Positions 22,899 to 35,957 of a DNA stretch of 64,000 nt are shown one piece after another. Location: NCBI RefSeq assembly GCF_024521635.1, contig NW_026250412.1, forward strand, positions 434,001 through 498,000, given 5' to 3'. Under the pieces are notes generated by a model. It searched no databases. It had not been told where the DNA came from and worked only from the letters and a program-made list of their open reading frames with translations. Every line of letters starts with the position of its first letter. Position 1 is the first letter of the stretch. The position numbers and the translations under genes were made by a program. Source of the DNA: Tricharina praecox. Lineage: Eukaryota.

Positions 22899-23336
22899 GG
22901 CTGATTTAAGGGTGGGGGGTTTTCGGACTGGTGGGAAGGACAAGAAGGACCGTGTTGTGGTGGTGATATGGTTGTGGTTATGTGATGTTGTAGAGGGGAT
23001 TCTTCGATGGCGGCGGGGCTTGCGTTTTGCGGATGGAGGGGGGTTTTTCTATGGTGGGGCAAGGAGACGCGATGGCACGTGATCTTCCCATCCATTGACT
23101 CACACACGCGATTTTGTAGGGCGGACGAGCTTCAACGAGGTGTCACCGCTGAGTCACCGAGAATTCACGATACAAGGCGGACATGACAGCACCTCATTTT
23201 TTTACTCTACCATCCAATCATCCAATCATCCACTATCCTGCCTGTCGTACCGCATAAGGACATACATAAAGGAAGATGAAAAAAAGAACAAGCCATGCAA
23301 GAAATACAAAGGGAACTGAAATTAATTATTTTTCCC

Positions 23337-25989
23337 TTATGCGAGGTAGGTGCTGGCCGAAACGTTTCCTCCCCTTCCGGTCCAGTTGATGTGGATGTTC
23401 TCACCAGCAGGCAGCGACTCAGAGGCGTTCTCGGGCTTCACGTGGAAAGTGTGGGCACCTGTAGTCGTATATTAGCATCACACTCTAAACAACGAAGTGG
23501 GCAGAGCATACCAAAGTAATCACGCTGGGCCTGGAGCAGGTTGGCGGGCAGGTTCTTGGTCCTGTAACCGTCGTAGAACGACAAGGCGGTCGAGAACGCC
23601 GGCGTCGGGATACCGAACTCAACACCCTTGCTGACGGCACGCCTCCATCCGGCCTGGGCGTTGTGGATGGCAGTCTTGAAAAAGTCGTTGAACAGCAGGT
23701 TCTCAAGATCGGGCTCGGCACGGTAAGCCTTGGTGATGTCGGCAAGGAAGACCGAGCGGATGATGCATCCACCGCGCCACATGAGGGCGATGGCGGGGTT
23801 GTTGAGCTTCCACTTGTACTCCTTGGCAGCCTATCGGATAATTGTCGCATTAGTAAACACTCGTTTTAACCGCCGTCCAGGCCCCACACACGTGGGGGAC
23901 CTCCGGCGGGGGAAGAAGTGGGGCATCGTCTTACCTCACGAATCAGCATAAAGCCCTGAGCGTACGAAATGATCTTGGAAGCGTAGAGAGCCTGGATCGC
24001 GGATATTAGCCTAAGTCTTCCGGAAGAGAGCTGAGCGATTTTGCGAGAGCGGGTGTTGCCCCCCGCTCCCTCTCAACATCACCGAAACCTCTATCACCGA
24101 CTCCGCTGACGGAATGGAAACTAACCTGTTCGAGGTCGGCAATGGCAGCCTCCCTGTCACCAGTGAATGCGGGAATTTCAGGTCCCTCCAAGATGCTGGA
24201 AGCCCTGACACGCTCCTCCTTGATGGAGGACAGGCATCGGGCGAAGACAGCCTCTCCGATCAGAGTGACGGGCATACCCAGGTCCAGAGCGTTGATGGCA
24301 GTCCACTTTCCGGTTCCCTTCTGGCCAGCGCTGTCGAGGATCTTCTCAACGAGGGGAGCGCCATCAGCGGGGTCGTTGTACTTCATGATGTCACGAGTGA
24401 TCTCGATCAGGAACGAGTCGAGAACACCGGTGTTCCACTTGGTGAAGACATCACCGATGTCAGAGTTGCTCATGCCGTATCCGCGCTTCATGATGTCGTA
24501 GGCCTAAACCAATAGGGTCAGTCGTATGCACTCGAGGGAACGGCCAAATGTTCAACGCACCTCGCAGATCAACTGCATATCACCGTACTCAATACCGTTG
24601 TGGACCATCTTGACGAAGTGACCAGCACCCTCGTCTCCAACCCAGTCGCAGCAGGGCTCGCCGTCGGATTTGGCGGCAATGCTCTGGAAGATGTCCTTGA
24701 TGTGGGGCCATGCCTCCTCGTTACCGCCGGGCATGAGCGAAGGGCCGTAGCGGGCACCCTCCTCACCACCAGACACACCGGCGCCGACGAACCGGATACC
24801 CTTGGCGGCGAGCTCCCTGGTGCGACGGTTGCTGTCGGGGAAGTGAGAGTTACCACCGTCGATGATGATATCGCCCTGGTCGAGGAAGGGGAGGAGAGCG
24901 GCAATGAAGTCATCAACGGCCGAACCAGCCTTGACGAGGAGCATGATTCTTCGGGGAGACTTCAGCTTCTCGCACAGGTCCTGGAGCGACTTGGCTCCGA
25001 CGATGGACTTGCCTGGAGCGCTTTCATCAGCACACGTCGGACTCGACGCGGGAATCGTGCGGGGCCAAACATACCCTTGGCCTCGTTCTCGAGGAAGTGG
25101 TCAACCTTGGACACAGTCCGGTTGAAAGCAACAACGGTGTAACCTGCGCGGCTTTGTCAGTACACATAGTTCATGATCGCAGGCGATGCAGGTGTAGGAT
25201 GCGAGGCGTACCATGGTCGGCAGCGTTAAGGATCAAGTTCTGTCCCATAGAGTACCTGCATTAGCCCTCTGCACACGTTACCCCCCCTCTGGTTGAACGT
25301 CCCGGGATTGGACATCACCACGAGCGGTTGGGGAATATTTTTTTCTTCAGATTTTTTTCTTTTTTCTGGTTTTTCTTTTGACTTACCTGACCCATGACAG
25401 CCAGGCCGATAAGACCGAAATCTTCGGGCACATAGCGTCAGTAAATGGCGATGTCAAAAACAACGTCAACAAGCGCGCGGAGAATTTCTCCGTGCAAACG
25501 CCCAAGAGACATCGATTTCTCCGCGGCGTGCGACTTCGTGGGGGGTGTATGGTCGTCATCGTATCGAGAACAAGAGTTACTAACCTCCACTGGGTTGCGA
25601 ATGCGCAAGACCGCCAGTGATGGCAGCCAGTCGCGCCCTACAGTCAGCCTCGAGTTCAATATACACTCATAAAGTTCCACCAAAAGCCATTGACTGGAGA
25701 ACGTAAGAGCCCATGAATAGAGCCACCGTTGGCACCAAACACAGGCCCTCTCGTCGTTCTTCGCATCACGGAGCGGGCGTGCGAATGCAGGGGGTTGATT
25801 GAGCCGCCGCCGTCCACAGCACCAGAGGAGGGCAGAAGAAACTGGTGGGGCATCGGCACGATGACGACATGGCCACAAGCTGATGAGAGGAAGACGGAGC
25901 AACGAGCAACGAGCAACGAGCAGCGTGAAACGAGAAACGAGAAACAAGCAAAACGCACAGGATACTCACACTGCCTTAGTATCAGCCAT
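23337..25989 (-). CDS. GND1: 6-phosphogluconate dehydrogenase, decarboxylating (10 exons; exon 2 has two candidate acceptors)
   Basis: DFGLIGLAVMGQ|NLILN, GVSGGEEGARYGPSLMPGG, VKMVHNGIEYGDMQ, GQKGTGKWT, MWRGGCIIRS and LQAQRDYFG motifs. Ends SASTYLA*. Confidence 0.95.
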
Positions 25990-27625
25990 TTTGACGTTTT
26001 GAGATGTTCGGTGTGGGGTGGGTATGGGATTTCGGGTTGGATGGAGATGAGTAGAGGGAGGATAGGGAGGTTGCGGAGTTTCTAGTGGGAGGGAGGGGTT
26101 GATGGAGGGGGAGGGGTTCGCAGAGTTAAGTACGCGTTTACTGATTACTGTTCATGTAAGCCAGCCAGCCCCACGCAATGGCTTGGGAGGGGGGGAGGGG
26201 GGGGGGGTGCACGGAGTGAGGGAGGGAAGCCCGGTCCGCGGAGGACGAGGAGGGGTAAGTTGGTGGGTAAGTCAGTTGGTTACCGTTGAGTAACGCGATG
26301 TTTGGACCGACGCATAAATTAGAAGTCGGGAGAAGAAGAAAAGAAGCACCCCGGAAAAAGAGCGTGCATGGAGGATGGGTGTGCAGGTCGCAGCAAGGCA
26401 GCAGAAAGCAGCCTGAAGACATCTCCACTCTGCGTGCACTCCTCCCTGCGTATACTCGCTCGAGCTCTGGGCTCTAGGCTCTAGGTTCTGGAGCATACCC
26501 ATGATGCGAGTGAGGCTTTTACCCACCACCTCCAGCACCACCACCAACAACACCAACACCACCACTACTTCTTCCAGCTGGCTAGCGAAACGCTTCAACG
26601 TCTCAGACCTGCAACGACCGGCAAGTACGAATAGCGGCGATGTTCGATGCATTCGGGCGTCAAACTATTGACTAAACACACCGTGAAGGTTGCGGTTACG
26701 CTGTTCATGCCCACGGTGTTCATGGGCTATGCGTGCATTCATCCCAGGACCGGCGAAACCCTATGTGAGCCGACGGTCTCAGCAGTGGCCAGTGAGACGG
26801 ACACAGAGCGGATGGCCAGTCTCGATAGTGGTGGTGGTGATGGTGATGGTTGGCCCAGGATGGTGGGACACCCTGTCGAATTGAACCCTCCTCCAGCTCA
26901 CGGGAATCATGCCCTCGGTTCTTACTGGAGGAGAGTGGACCATGTGGAGGTGGAGACGGCGATGGATGGGTTGGAATACCTACATGCATTTGAGACTGTG
27001 GTGCCCGTGGTAAGTACTTACGTAGGCACTTGCACACATAGAGTGCTATCCAGAGACATCCCGCGCTTTCGCTGTCACCGCTGGCGACTGTGCCGCCGAA
27101 CCCGAGGGCGAGGGTTGTTTGTCCTCGGAGGCCCGAAAAGGCGCAGCCAGACGGCGGCCAGAGATTGCGATCGGAGACCGAACGTGGGATCGGAGAGGGG
27201 GTGCAGTTTGGGTGACAAACTCACCGCAGACCCCAAACCGGCCTTCGTTGCCGGAAGCCGCCGAGCAACAGAAAGTTTGAACCCAGGGAATCCTAGCCAT
27301 GCCTGCAGAAGCCAAAAATTACCACCCGTCGGCGTCCATCCGGCCAACCAACTATCCACTTCCCCCTCCTAGCCCAACCAACCCCCAAACCCGACCCGCG
27401 ACGACTTTGACGACCACAAAATAATCAGAATCGAGCAGGGATAGAAGTAACCCTCTCGTTTGTTCTGTCACGCTGCTCGCCTGCACTACCGGCGTCATCC
27501 ACAAACACACGACCACCCACTCCCCACTCACTCCTCCACCCTCGCTCGCATCCCCAACACCCACCCCGCCACCTTCCACCCTACAACCAAAAACAGCCCT
27601 CACACCCCCCTTCATAGCTTCAGAA

Positions 27626-28719
27626 ATGGCGGCCGCGATCAAAGCACTCAATGCTAAAATCCGTAGCAACAAGTACACCGACTACTTCTGTTCGACCCGT
27701 ACGCTACCCTGTTCTACCACTACCCCCACCACCATCACCACCAATGCCCCTCCAAGACATGAGACGAACCGTGTCTCGCGTTGTTCGCACGCAGAATGCT
27801 GATACGGCGTGACGGATTCAGACTTCTGGGGCCCAGCTTCCAACTTCGGTATCCCCGTCGCCGCAGTGATGGACATTGTTGGCAAGGACCCTGAAGTGTA
27901 TGCGACATCCCCGGAACTTGAAACGGCGGCAGCGAGAAAAGACAGCTGCGGAGACTGACGAAACTCTTGTCCGATACAGTATCTCGGGAAAGATGACTTC
28001 AGCGCTTGTGGTCTACTCCGCGGTTTTCATGCGTTACTCGATGGCTGTGACTCCTGCGAACTACTTGTTGTTCGGTCCGTACCACCTTATACCCGGCCAG
28101 CTTCTTCCCTTACCTCCGAAACTCCGACGTAGCAGAGGACAGTTATCTGACAACGAACGAAACACAGGTTGCCATTTCGTCAACGAGATCTCGCAGTTGA
28201 CTCAAGGCTACCGCTACCTCCAGTACTGGCAGTACGTTCTTCTCCTCCCACTCTGCTCCCACCTACCATCACCGTCCTCTCCACATGCGCCCCAACACCC
28301 TTCCCCCGCACTCTCTCGCTTGGTTGCCCGCTCGCCTGCTCGACGTCTGTCCTGCATTGCATGAGAACTATGACCACACATTATACAAACACTCTGTCTG
28401 CCCCAGTGTCGTCCACGCTCTCCCCACCTGGCGCAGATCTCCCGCGCGTTCACCTGCATATATGCCGTCGTGCTGTTTCCCCGCAATCATGCTTCCCCGC
28501 ACTTCACCGTCTTTCCCTTGCACCCTTCGCGTCTACACATACCTCCCTCCCTCATGCTCGATATTCCGCACCCACACACTTTATTGTTGCTAACAACACC
28601 TTCTCTTCCTCCACAGCAACGGAGGTCGCGAAAAGCACCTGGCGGAACAGGGAACCCCAAGTGCCATCAAGGACGCCGTGAACACCGCGGCCGACAAGGT
28701 CAACAAGGTCACGAAATAG
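27626..28719 (+). CDS. MPC1: Mitochondrial pyruvate carrier subunit 1 (5 exons)
   Basis: MAAAIKALNAKIRSNKYTDYFCSTH|FWGPASNFGIPVAAVMD...ISGKMTSALVVYSAVFMRYSMAVTPANYLLFG|CHFVNE. Confidence 0.93.
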
Positions 28720-28881
28720 TCCACATTCAAGCAGCTTCGATAGCATAGTCCTTTGTCCTTCCAGTTTTATTGGGTTGGGTACCATACTACGCTAGGACTT
28801 CAAACCTCTTTGTCTTCTTTGTTGTTGTGCTGGTGCTATAGAGGCGGGGCGGCGATAGAATACCACTGCGTTACGATGGAT

Positions 28882-28923
28882 AGTGGTGGTAGTGGTAGTG
28901 GTGGTGGTGGTGGTGGTGGTGGT
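28882..28923. repeat. (GGT/AGT)n trinucleotide microsatellite downstream of MPC1
   Basis: About 14 consecutive GGT/AGT triplets visible. Confidence 0.85.
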
Positions 28924-29367
28924 AGAGGAGAGGATCGATGATCTACAACTGATGATGATGATGGCCGATGGGGTGTGCGCGCAATCACGAAATATCATTG
29001 ATTCGTGTCGTGTCATAGAGAAACATCCCACTGCTCAAGTATTCGTTCCCTTCCCCTCCAAGAAACATCGTTATCGTCAAGCAAGCAAAGCAAAGCAAAC
29101 GCGGACAAGTGCAAAACAAAGACGGCACAATAACAAGCCTCAACAACCAAACCAAACCAAACCAGAACTAAACCAAGAAATGCTATGCTAGCAGGAGGTA
29201 TAAATACAACATTCCAGTACATGTATGACCCGACCACCAAGCACCAAGCACCAAGCACCAAGCACCAAGTAGCGGGATAAATAAGCATATGTAGATACAG
29301 ATCTCTCCGCGCGTTCGTTTATCCTGCCCGCTCCCCTTCCCCCGCCCGCCGGTCCCCTCCGCATCCC

Positions 29368-30414
29368 TTACTTGCCCACGCCCTTAACCGCCAGCTTCCG
29401 TCCGATATTTCCAAAACAGACGCAAGCACAGAACAGGACGCTAGCGATCCAGGTGCCGACCGCGATTGATCCCACTGACACGAGCCCGCCAACAACGAGC
29501 TCGTCGTGCAGCGCGCCGACCGGCGCCTGTATCATCTCGGGACTGATTTGCAGCAGGAATGCGGTGCCGGCGACGCCGACGAGCGACGCGAACCAGAAAC
29601 CGGAGCGCGTGCGGTCCACGAGGAACCACAGGAACGGGTTTACGAGCGCAAGTGCGAGCGAGACTTGCAGGTTCGATTGCCATGGGAGGCGGCGCTGGGG
29701 GGTGTTAGCATCCGGATCTGGGGGTGAGAGGGGGGAGGGGAGGGGGGGGGGAAGTACAATTGCATAAGCGATCCCGACGAACGCGCCAATGCTTCTAACA
29801 ACGGGGATCCACTCGGTCCTTCCGGCACCCTCATTGACCTCCTCGTCGTCGGTATCCTTCCCGTCGAGCCACGGCAGGACGCTCCCCAGGCCGACACCCG
29901 CCAGGCCCCAGAACGCGAGGTACCTTGTCGACCAGCGGTCAACGTCGACGCGCAGCGCGGCGCCCGCGCCGCCCTCGTGCAGGTGCGTGATAATCACGCC
30001 GTACGCGACGCCGAACACGAACAGGCTTGCCACTTTCAGCGCCAGGCCCGTCGCCGTCTCCTTCGATCGGTGCAGCGCCGCGTCCATGGCGGAGGAGCGC
30101 GCGGCCAGGCTGGGTTTGCGAGGGGCGAAGCCGTTGGACGGCGTGAGCGGCGTGAGCCCGTTGGTGTTAAAGTCCGCCATAGAGTTGTTGCGAGTTAGCT
30201 GCGAGGGAGTGGAGGACTCGTCGGTGTTATAGGTGCGGCCGTAGATTCCGAAGAGAGTGCTGGCGGTCAGAGAGACGGCCGACCGGTTGCGCCGAGGGGG
30301 GGCGTCCCGGTCCGCGTCTGAGGAGTAGGGGTCGAGGTGCTCCGAGTCGCCTGGGAGGTCGAAGGGGCGGCGAGGAACCGGGCGGTGCAGGAGGGGGCTT
30401 GTTGCGTCCGTCAT
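29368..30414 (-). CDS. INSIG/Nsg1-Nsg2 family ER membrane protein; in-frame intron 29757-29695
   Basis: LFVFGVAYGVIITHLH, WGLAGVGLGSVLPWLD, VRSIGAFVGIAYAI|RRLPWQS, NPFLWFLVDRT and WIASVLFCACVCFGNIGR motifs. Confidence 0.88.
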   Translation of the reverse strand: MTDATSPLLHRPVPRRPFDLPGDSEHLDPYSSDADRDAPPRRNRSAVSLTASTLFGIYGRTYNTDESSTPSQLTRNNSMADFNTNGLTPLTPSNGFAPRKPSLAARSSAMDAALHRSKETATGLALKVASLFVFGVAYGVIITHLHEGGAGAALRVDVDRWSTRYLAFWGLAGVGLGSVLPWLDGKDTDDEEVNEGAGRTEWIPVVRSIGAFVGIAYAIVLPPPLPSPLSPPDPDANTPQRRLPWQSNLQVSLALALVNPFLWFLVDRTRSGFWFASLVGVAGTAFLLQISPEMIQAPVGALHDELVVGGLVSVGSIAVGTWIASVLFCACVCFGNIGRKLAVKGVGK

Positions 30415-32877
30415 GTTGTGCTGGTTGTTTGTTTTGTGATGGGGAACGGTGGGGATGGGAAGATGGGGGGAGGTGGTGGTGGTGGTGGTGGTGATGGCGT
30501 ATGTGTGTGTGCGCTGTGTGTGAGGAGAGGACGCTGTGTGTGTGTGCGTGTGTGTGAGGAGAAAGGTGGTGGATTTATGTACGTGGTAGCGGTGCGGACG
30601 GTGGACGGTGGACGGTGGACGGTGGACGGTGGTGGGTGTCTCGGTTGTTGTCGTTCGTTCGTCGCTCACTGGTGAGGTGAGGATAGAATAGGATGGGATG
30701 GGATGGAGCGAAGGTCAGGTCACGCACGGTTTTTTTTACCGGTCAATACGGTAGTTTATGTAGCTGGATACATAGACCAATTTTGAACGTGAGATTTAGC
30801 ATACGCAATTCGTGCCGAATCCTCTCCCCGCCCCCCGCCCCCTTCAAAGAAAAAATGCCATTGTCATCGTTACCGATGAAGCGTAATAACTGCCGCATTA
30901 TTTTTTTATCCTCAGCCTTCAGTAGAGTATCCGGGGATGGATGCAGACATCGACAGAAGCTTGTGATCCCGCTGCTGTCCTCTCCGCAGCCCATCACAGA
31001 ATAGAGTACACTTCGCTACGCACGTAACGTTTCCGGACCGCACATACCGTAGGTAATTGACCGTCACCTGCGCATTTCCTACCGTACCGTCCTCGACGGA
31101 AATCCAGCGGACCTACGTACTCTACCTATCCGCCCGCTGTCGCTCGAACTTCTCGCACATTCCCTTTCCTTTCCTTTCCTCCCCGTCACCCCTTCCCCCG
31201 CCGCCGCAAAGTGAAGCCGCTTCGCAAAGTGAAGTGTTGAGGATCCACACCCACGTCGACGTCGACATCCCTGCCGATATTTTCACATGTCAACCTCTAC
31301 CTACTCCGCTTCCAGGGTTTTCGGTGGGATCGACACGGGTCCCGGTGCTGGGGGAAGGATCGGCGGGTTCTGAGAGGGGGGAGGGGGGCAGGTTGGTTTG
31401 ACATATGGGTGCTAGGTGGGGAAGGGATTGGTATCTGGAAAGAAAGATGATACGGAAATGAAAGCGAAAGACGCCTCGGGGAATGGAAAATTGCAGCTGG
31501 GTGGGCGGTGAGGGGAAGATTGGACTTGTTCTCGTTCTCGTTCTCGTATGTGCCATTGATCTACGCGGGGGAGTGGCCAAGTTCCAACAGCCTGTCAATC
31601 CGATCCGATCCATCACGACGGTACCGGTACATCTGCGAGTGAGAGTTGGTGGTGCCACGGTGCCACGGCGATAACGATGTGTGTGTGGGGGGAGGGGGGG
31701 ATTGAGTTCCGATTACCGGATTGACGGGCAGGCAGGTATCGAAGCAGGTATATAGCAGCCAAGTGTTTAAGGAGTACAATACACCGGTCGTCTTACATCA
31801 AACGCAGTATGACAACGGCTGCAGGGCAACATCAATGCGAGCTGCGAATAGCCAGGAGTGATACCCCGAGTAGATACCCCCATCTCGTGGAACTGGTTGG
31901 GCTTGATTTGCACAGTCAGCTACAGGTATATATTGTACGGCTGTGGGTTTGTAGCACCCAACGTACTCGGGTGGATATCCTGCTCTCTATATCTCCACTT
32001 CTCCACCTTTTCTTCTTTCTTCCCCTCCTCTCCCATCCATCTCATCCACCTTCGCTGCTCGAGTCATTCAAAGTCCACTCCCCTATGAAACGTGGGTTGA
32101 AGCAAGCAAGTCTGTGGAAATCTTCTATATCGAGCAACTTCAATGTCTTGCAGCGTCGGTACCTATCTGTCGCCGGCACGACCATCGTACATACCGACTG
32201 TGACCGTGACCGAGCGTTGGGCGTTGGACCTCTCGATACCTACCCAGACACGTCGGGAATCGAGAACCGGGAATCATACAGCTCGGTTGGACCTGTCCAA
32301 AAGGCGCGGACCGGTCAGTCGGTCTCCTCGGTATCTACATATCTACAAGCTTGATGTAGCCGACATTGAATCAAAACATATGTCCAGGGCTGGGCTGGAT
32401 AGACATATACCGTCCGACGTGGAGACGAAGCTTCAAGGCCCCCAGGGAGACACATTTAACCAACGAGCTCCGTTGAACTCCTTCAGACGCGGTATCTAGG
32501 AGATTTGGCCGTTGCCCGGTCCCTACACTTCCCCCCACTCATCTTTCAGAATCCAGATCTGAGGCAGGCAGAATCAAATAGGTAGCAATCGTCATACATT
32601 TATAGCATCTACATCTAGGACAGTACCGTAGGACTTCAAAGTTCAAAGGGCGGAAAGCAGAGAACCCCAAACCAAACACCAACCTGCCACCCCCCAAAAA
32701 GGATATCCCAACATCTTTCATATACGAAAAGAAAGACAAAAAACATGTGGAAAGAACATGTGGAAAGAACAAACAAACGCAAAACGTGAAAAGAAATCCC
32801 CATACAATGCCGAGAACATAAAAACAATAGGTACAACAACAAGGGAGGCATGTGTCATGTGGCGTGTGGCGTTCTGC

Positions 32878-34091
32878 CTAGATCCCAAGGTACAGCTTGC
32901 ACCGTTCGTAGACGAAGAAGCTGGTTCTATTGGCCGAGAGAGAGAAGTCAGTATGAGCGTCAAGACTCGAGAAGGACTTGGGATGGGATGGGACGAGAAG
33001 GGATTACTCACGCAACCATGGGAATGACTTTAACGTAGCCGATCGACAGTCCAACAAAGAACCCTCTGATCCCCCTCTCCCTAAAAATCTTCACCGCCGT
33101 CTCCGCAATACTGGGGAACCTCGCATCGCCCATGGCACCACCAACCTGCATCCGCCTCCGTATTACCTCCAACGGATAACTCGCCGTCTGTCCCGCCATG
33201 CCCGCGAACCCACCAGCCGCCAACTCCGCCCACGCTTTGAGCACCGGCTTCTTCGCCTTGCCGCCGGGAGTTACATACGGCGGGGAGTGTCTTGCCACCG
33301 GCAGAGAGCGCAGCCAGTCGCCAGCAATATCGTGCGTCAGGAAGGAAACGCCTGCGTACGGCAGCATGCCGAGCATTGTCGGCGAGAACCCGCGGTAAAA
33401 GTTACTGAACCCCCGGAGGACCGGGTACGACGCATGTTTTTCGCGGTAGATATTCCTGCACAGCGCGCGCAACCCGACCCTCTCCTTCCTTGTGTCGAAG
33501 GCGGAGCGCACACGCACGACTTCCAGCGGGTAGGTGAAGAACACCGATGTGACGCCCGCGAGCGACCCCGACGCGAACCGCCGCCACGACTTCTCCTGCT
33601 GCGGGTTGCGGATCAGAACACTGCGGATCTGCTCGTACGCTACGAACTTGATCGCCGCGTATGGGAAGATCCGTAGCAGTGTTGCCGAGTGCCCGCGGAA
33701 CAGCCCGAGCAGCCCGTCGTGCCGTCGGATCTCTTGTACCGCGTGGAAGACCCCCGACCAGCTGCCTGAGTACTTGAGGAATTTCGGGTTCGAGGCTTGG
33801 AAGAGGATCTTGACACGGTCTAGCGGCGCGATGAGGGTTTTTGCCTGGAAGATGTGAGTTTGTGGGCCGAGGGTAGAGGGAGTGAGCGTGGCTTACGGCG
33901 CATCCGGCGGCACCTCCGGCGAGTCCACTGCGCAGCATGTAGTCGAGGGACTGTTTATGAATCTTGTCGTTGCGCGAGGAAGGCCCCCGCGTCGTCGACG
34001 TTACCGTAGCAGCAGCATTTTCGGCGGTCTTTGATACTTGGGCGGCGACGAGGGACTGGTCGTGGCCCTTGAAAGTCAAGGCTTCTGGCAT
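32878..34091 (-). CDS. LEU5: Mitochondrial carrier, Leu5/SLC25A16-like coenzyme A transporter (3 exons)
   Basis: Three carrier signatures (APLDRVKIL, YPLEVVRVR, YPLEVIRRRMQV), plus GHSATLLRIFPYAAIKF. Last exon reads ATSFFVYERCKLYLGI*. Confidence 0.88.
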
Positions 34092-35314
34092 TCCCAACCG
34101 TAGAAAACGTGCCGCTGATCGGAGAAGATGATGGTAGTGCGATGTTGGGCTACGGCGGGACGGAGATTATCTCTAGAGTCAGTAGATTCGGAATCGATCT
34201 CGACTCCACTCTATGTCGCGTGTTTAGTGTTGGACGTCGACGTGGAAGGGACGGGTTGTGGGGAAGAAGGTGACGGTAGGTATCCGAGGCTAAGGGCTTG
34301 TATGACGTCTGCTCCGTGAATACCCATTGGCCCGCACAAAAAGCAAGCAACGGAGATGAGATGATACGTGAGGCAGAATTTCTATTCGTCTTTAGTTAAA
34401 TACCCGAAGACCTCTCTTTCGTCTGCACTCGAGACGTTCATGCTCTGGAACCTAAAGCTTGTGATCCTTTTTCGCACAAAAGTCCTCCGTGATTAGTTCC
34501 TCTGTGGCCACCCGGCTGCCTTCGGTTCTCTCCACTCCGAGCTTTCCACCTATAGAATTCAGACATCGTCTACATACACATTCTCGCCGACAGGCCGAGC
34601 CAGCCACAGAGTACGGTATGTAGATATGCTCCGCGGGGGATCACTCCGAGACGATGGACGACCGGGGAGGCAACCGCCGTTTTGAAGACATGGGACTGTC
34701 ACATGCCGCGAAGTCGGTGGGAACTTGAACTACGTATTTGTCAGCACCGCATATCGAATGTATCCATGAATGTCGGTGAATCGGAGGAAGTTCCATGCCG
34801 AACAATTTGTGCACTGAAGTATATAGTATGGTTAAACCTTTGAATTTAGCTATTGCTGAGCCTTCCGTTCTGCCTGAAAGATGCATCGTCCAGAATGCAT
34901 TGGGTGATGTATCATACGAGTTGAAATCCTTTGCTACTATTGTGAGAATTTATTCAATGAGGTACTTAGGGACATTCCTTAGACCAGCGCAAGCTTCGCA
35001 CTGGTGGTGGTATTCGTTGTTCTTGAACTTTGGGACGGCATCAAGTTCTCTGGTCCCTCGGGGGTCCCGAATCCGAACCAGCAGACATCGCGCTCTCGGG
35101 GCTCGTGCAAGAAACCTACCGACTTGGGGGACTGAGGTGGTTTATCAAGCCAGTTCTGTAGGCAGCGAAGAGTTGCAGTATCAGCACGGCAGAGAATGCG
35201 AATAGATTCTGCAAACAACGAGTGATTGTGAAGGTATAAAGAGTGTGCAAGCCAACCCAACAGAAATCGAAATTAAAAAACGCCGTGGTCCATCCCAGCT
35301 ATCCCTCCGTAAAT

Positions 35315-35957
35315 TTATTTACAAGTCTCAATCATCTTCCCCACCAGCCCCATCAATGTCTCATTCTCCAGAGCACTCATGACCCGCTCCTTATCCGCAA
35401 GCTGTTTGTTTAACTGCTTATCGGTCGTATGAGTTCCCTCCTTGCACCTAACATCGATGCGGAACCTTGGGGGCAAGGCCTGCTGCAACCGCACTACTAG
35501 ACCCAGACCTATCACCGTCGCGAGGTGGCAGTGGGTAATGGTGGGTGTAAACTCGAGGGTGACGTTTGCGGTCAGCTCGTCAGTGTTATCGCGAACCGAG
35601 ATGTGCTCCAGGTTGACCACGGCGAGCTCGCCCAGGGTGATTGGGTGTTCGGGATCGCACATTGTTGCTACGAGGTCTGTTTTCTTGCGTCAGCTAGTTG
35701 GCCCAACATAATGTGGATACGGGAAATAAGAGTATACCGTAGATCTCCTGTGCATCGATACCATCAGCCTCATCATCATCCTCACTCTCGTCCGTGCCCT
35801 CGTCGGCCACCAGGTCGGAGGTGGCGGCGAACGGGTCGGCCGCGTACGTCGGCGGAAGAAACGCATGCGCTCGCTTTGGCCGTGCGGAAGCCGCGGGCTT
35901 CCGTGTGGGAAGGTCGGCGATGCTGAGGATCGTGGGGTTGGCATTTTGCATCTCCAT
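35315..35957 (-). CDS. CIA2: Cytosolic Fe-S assembly protein Cia2/MIP18 (FAM96B) (2 exons)
   Basis: MEMQNANPTI...IDAQEIY|DLVATMCDPEHPITLGELAVV...TPTITHCHLATVIGL...NKQLADKERV. Confidence 0.92.

Noticed and set aside
26647-27372. 241-aa ORF between GND1 and MPC1
   Set aside because: No recognisable motif or convincing gene structure; lies in a divergent promoter region.
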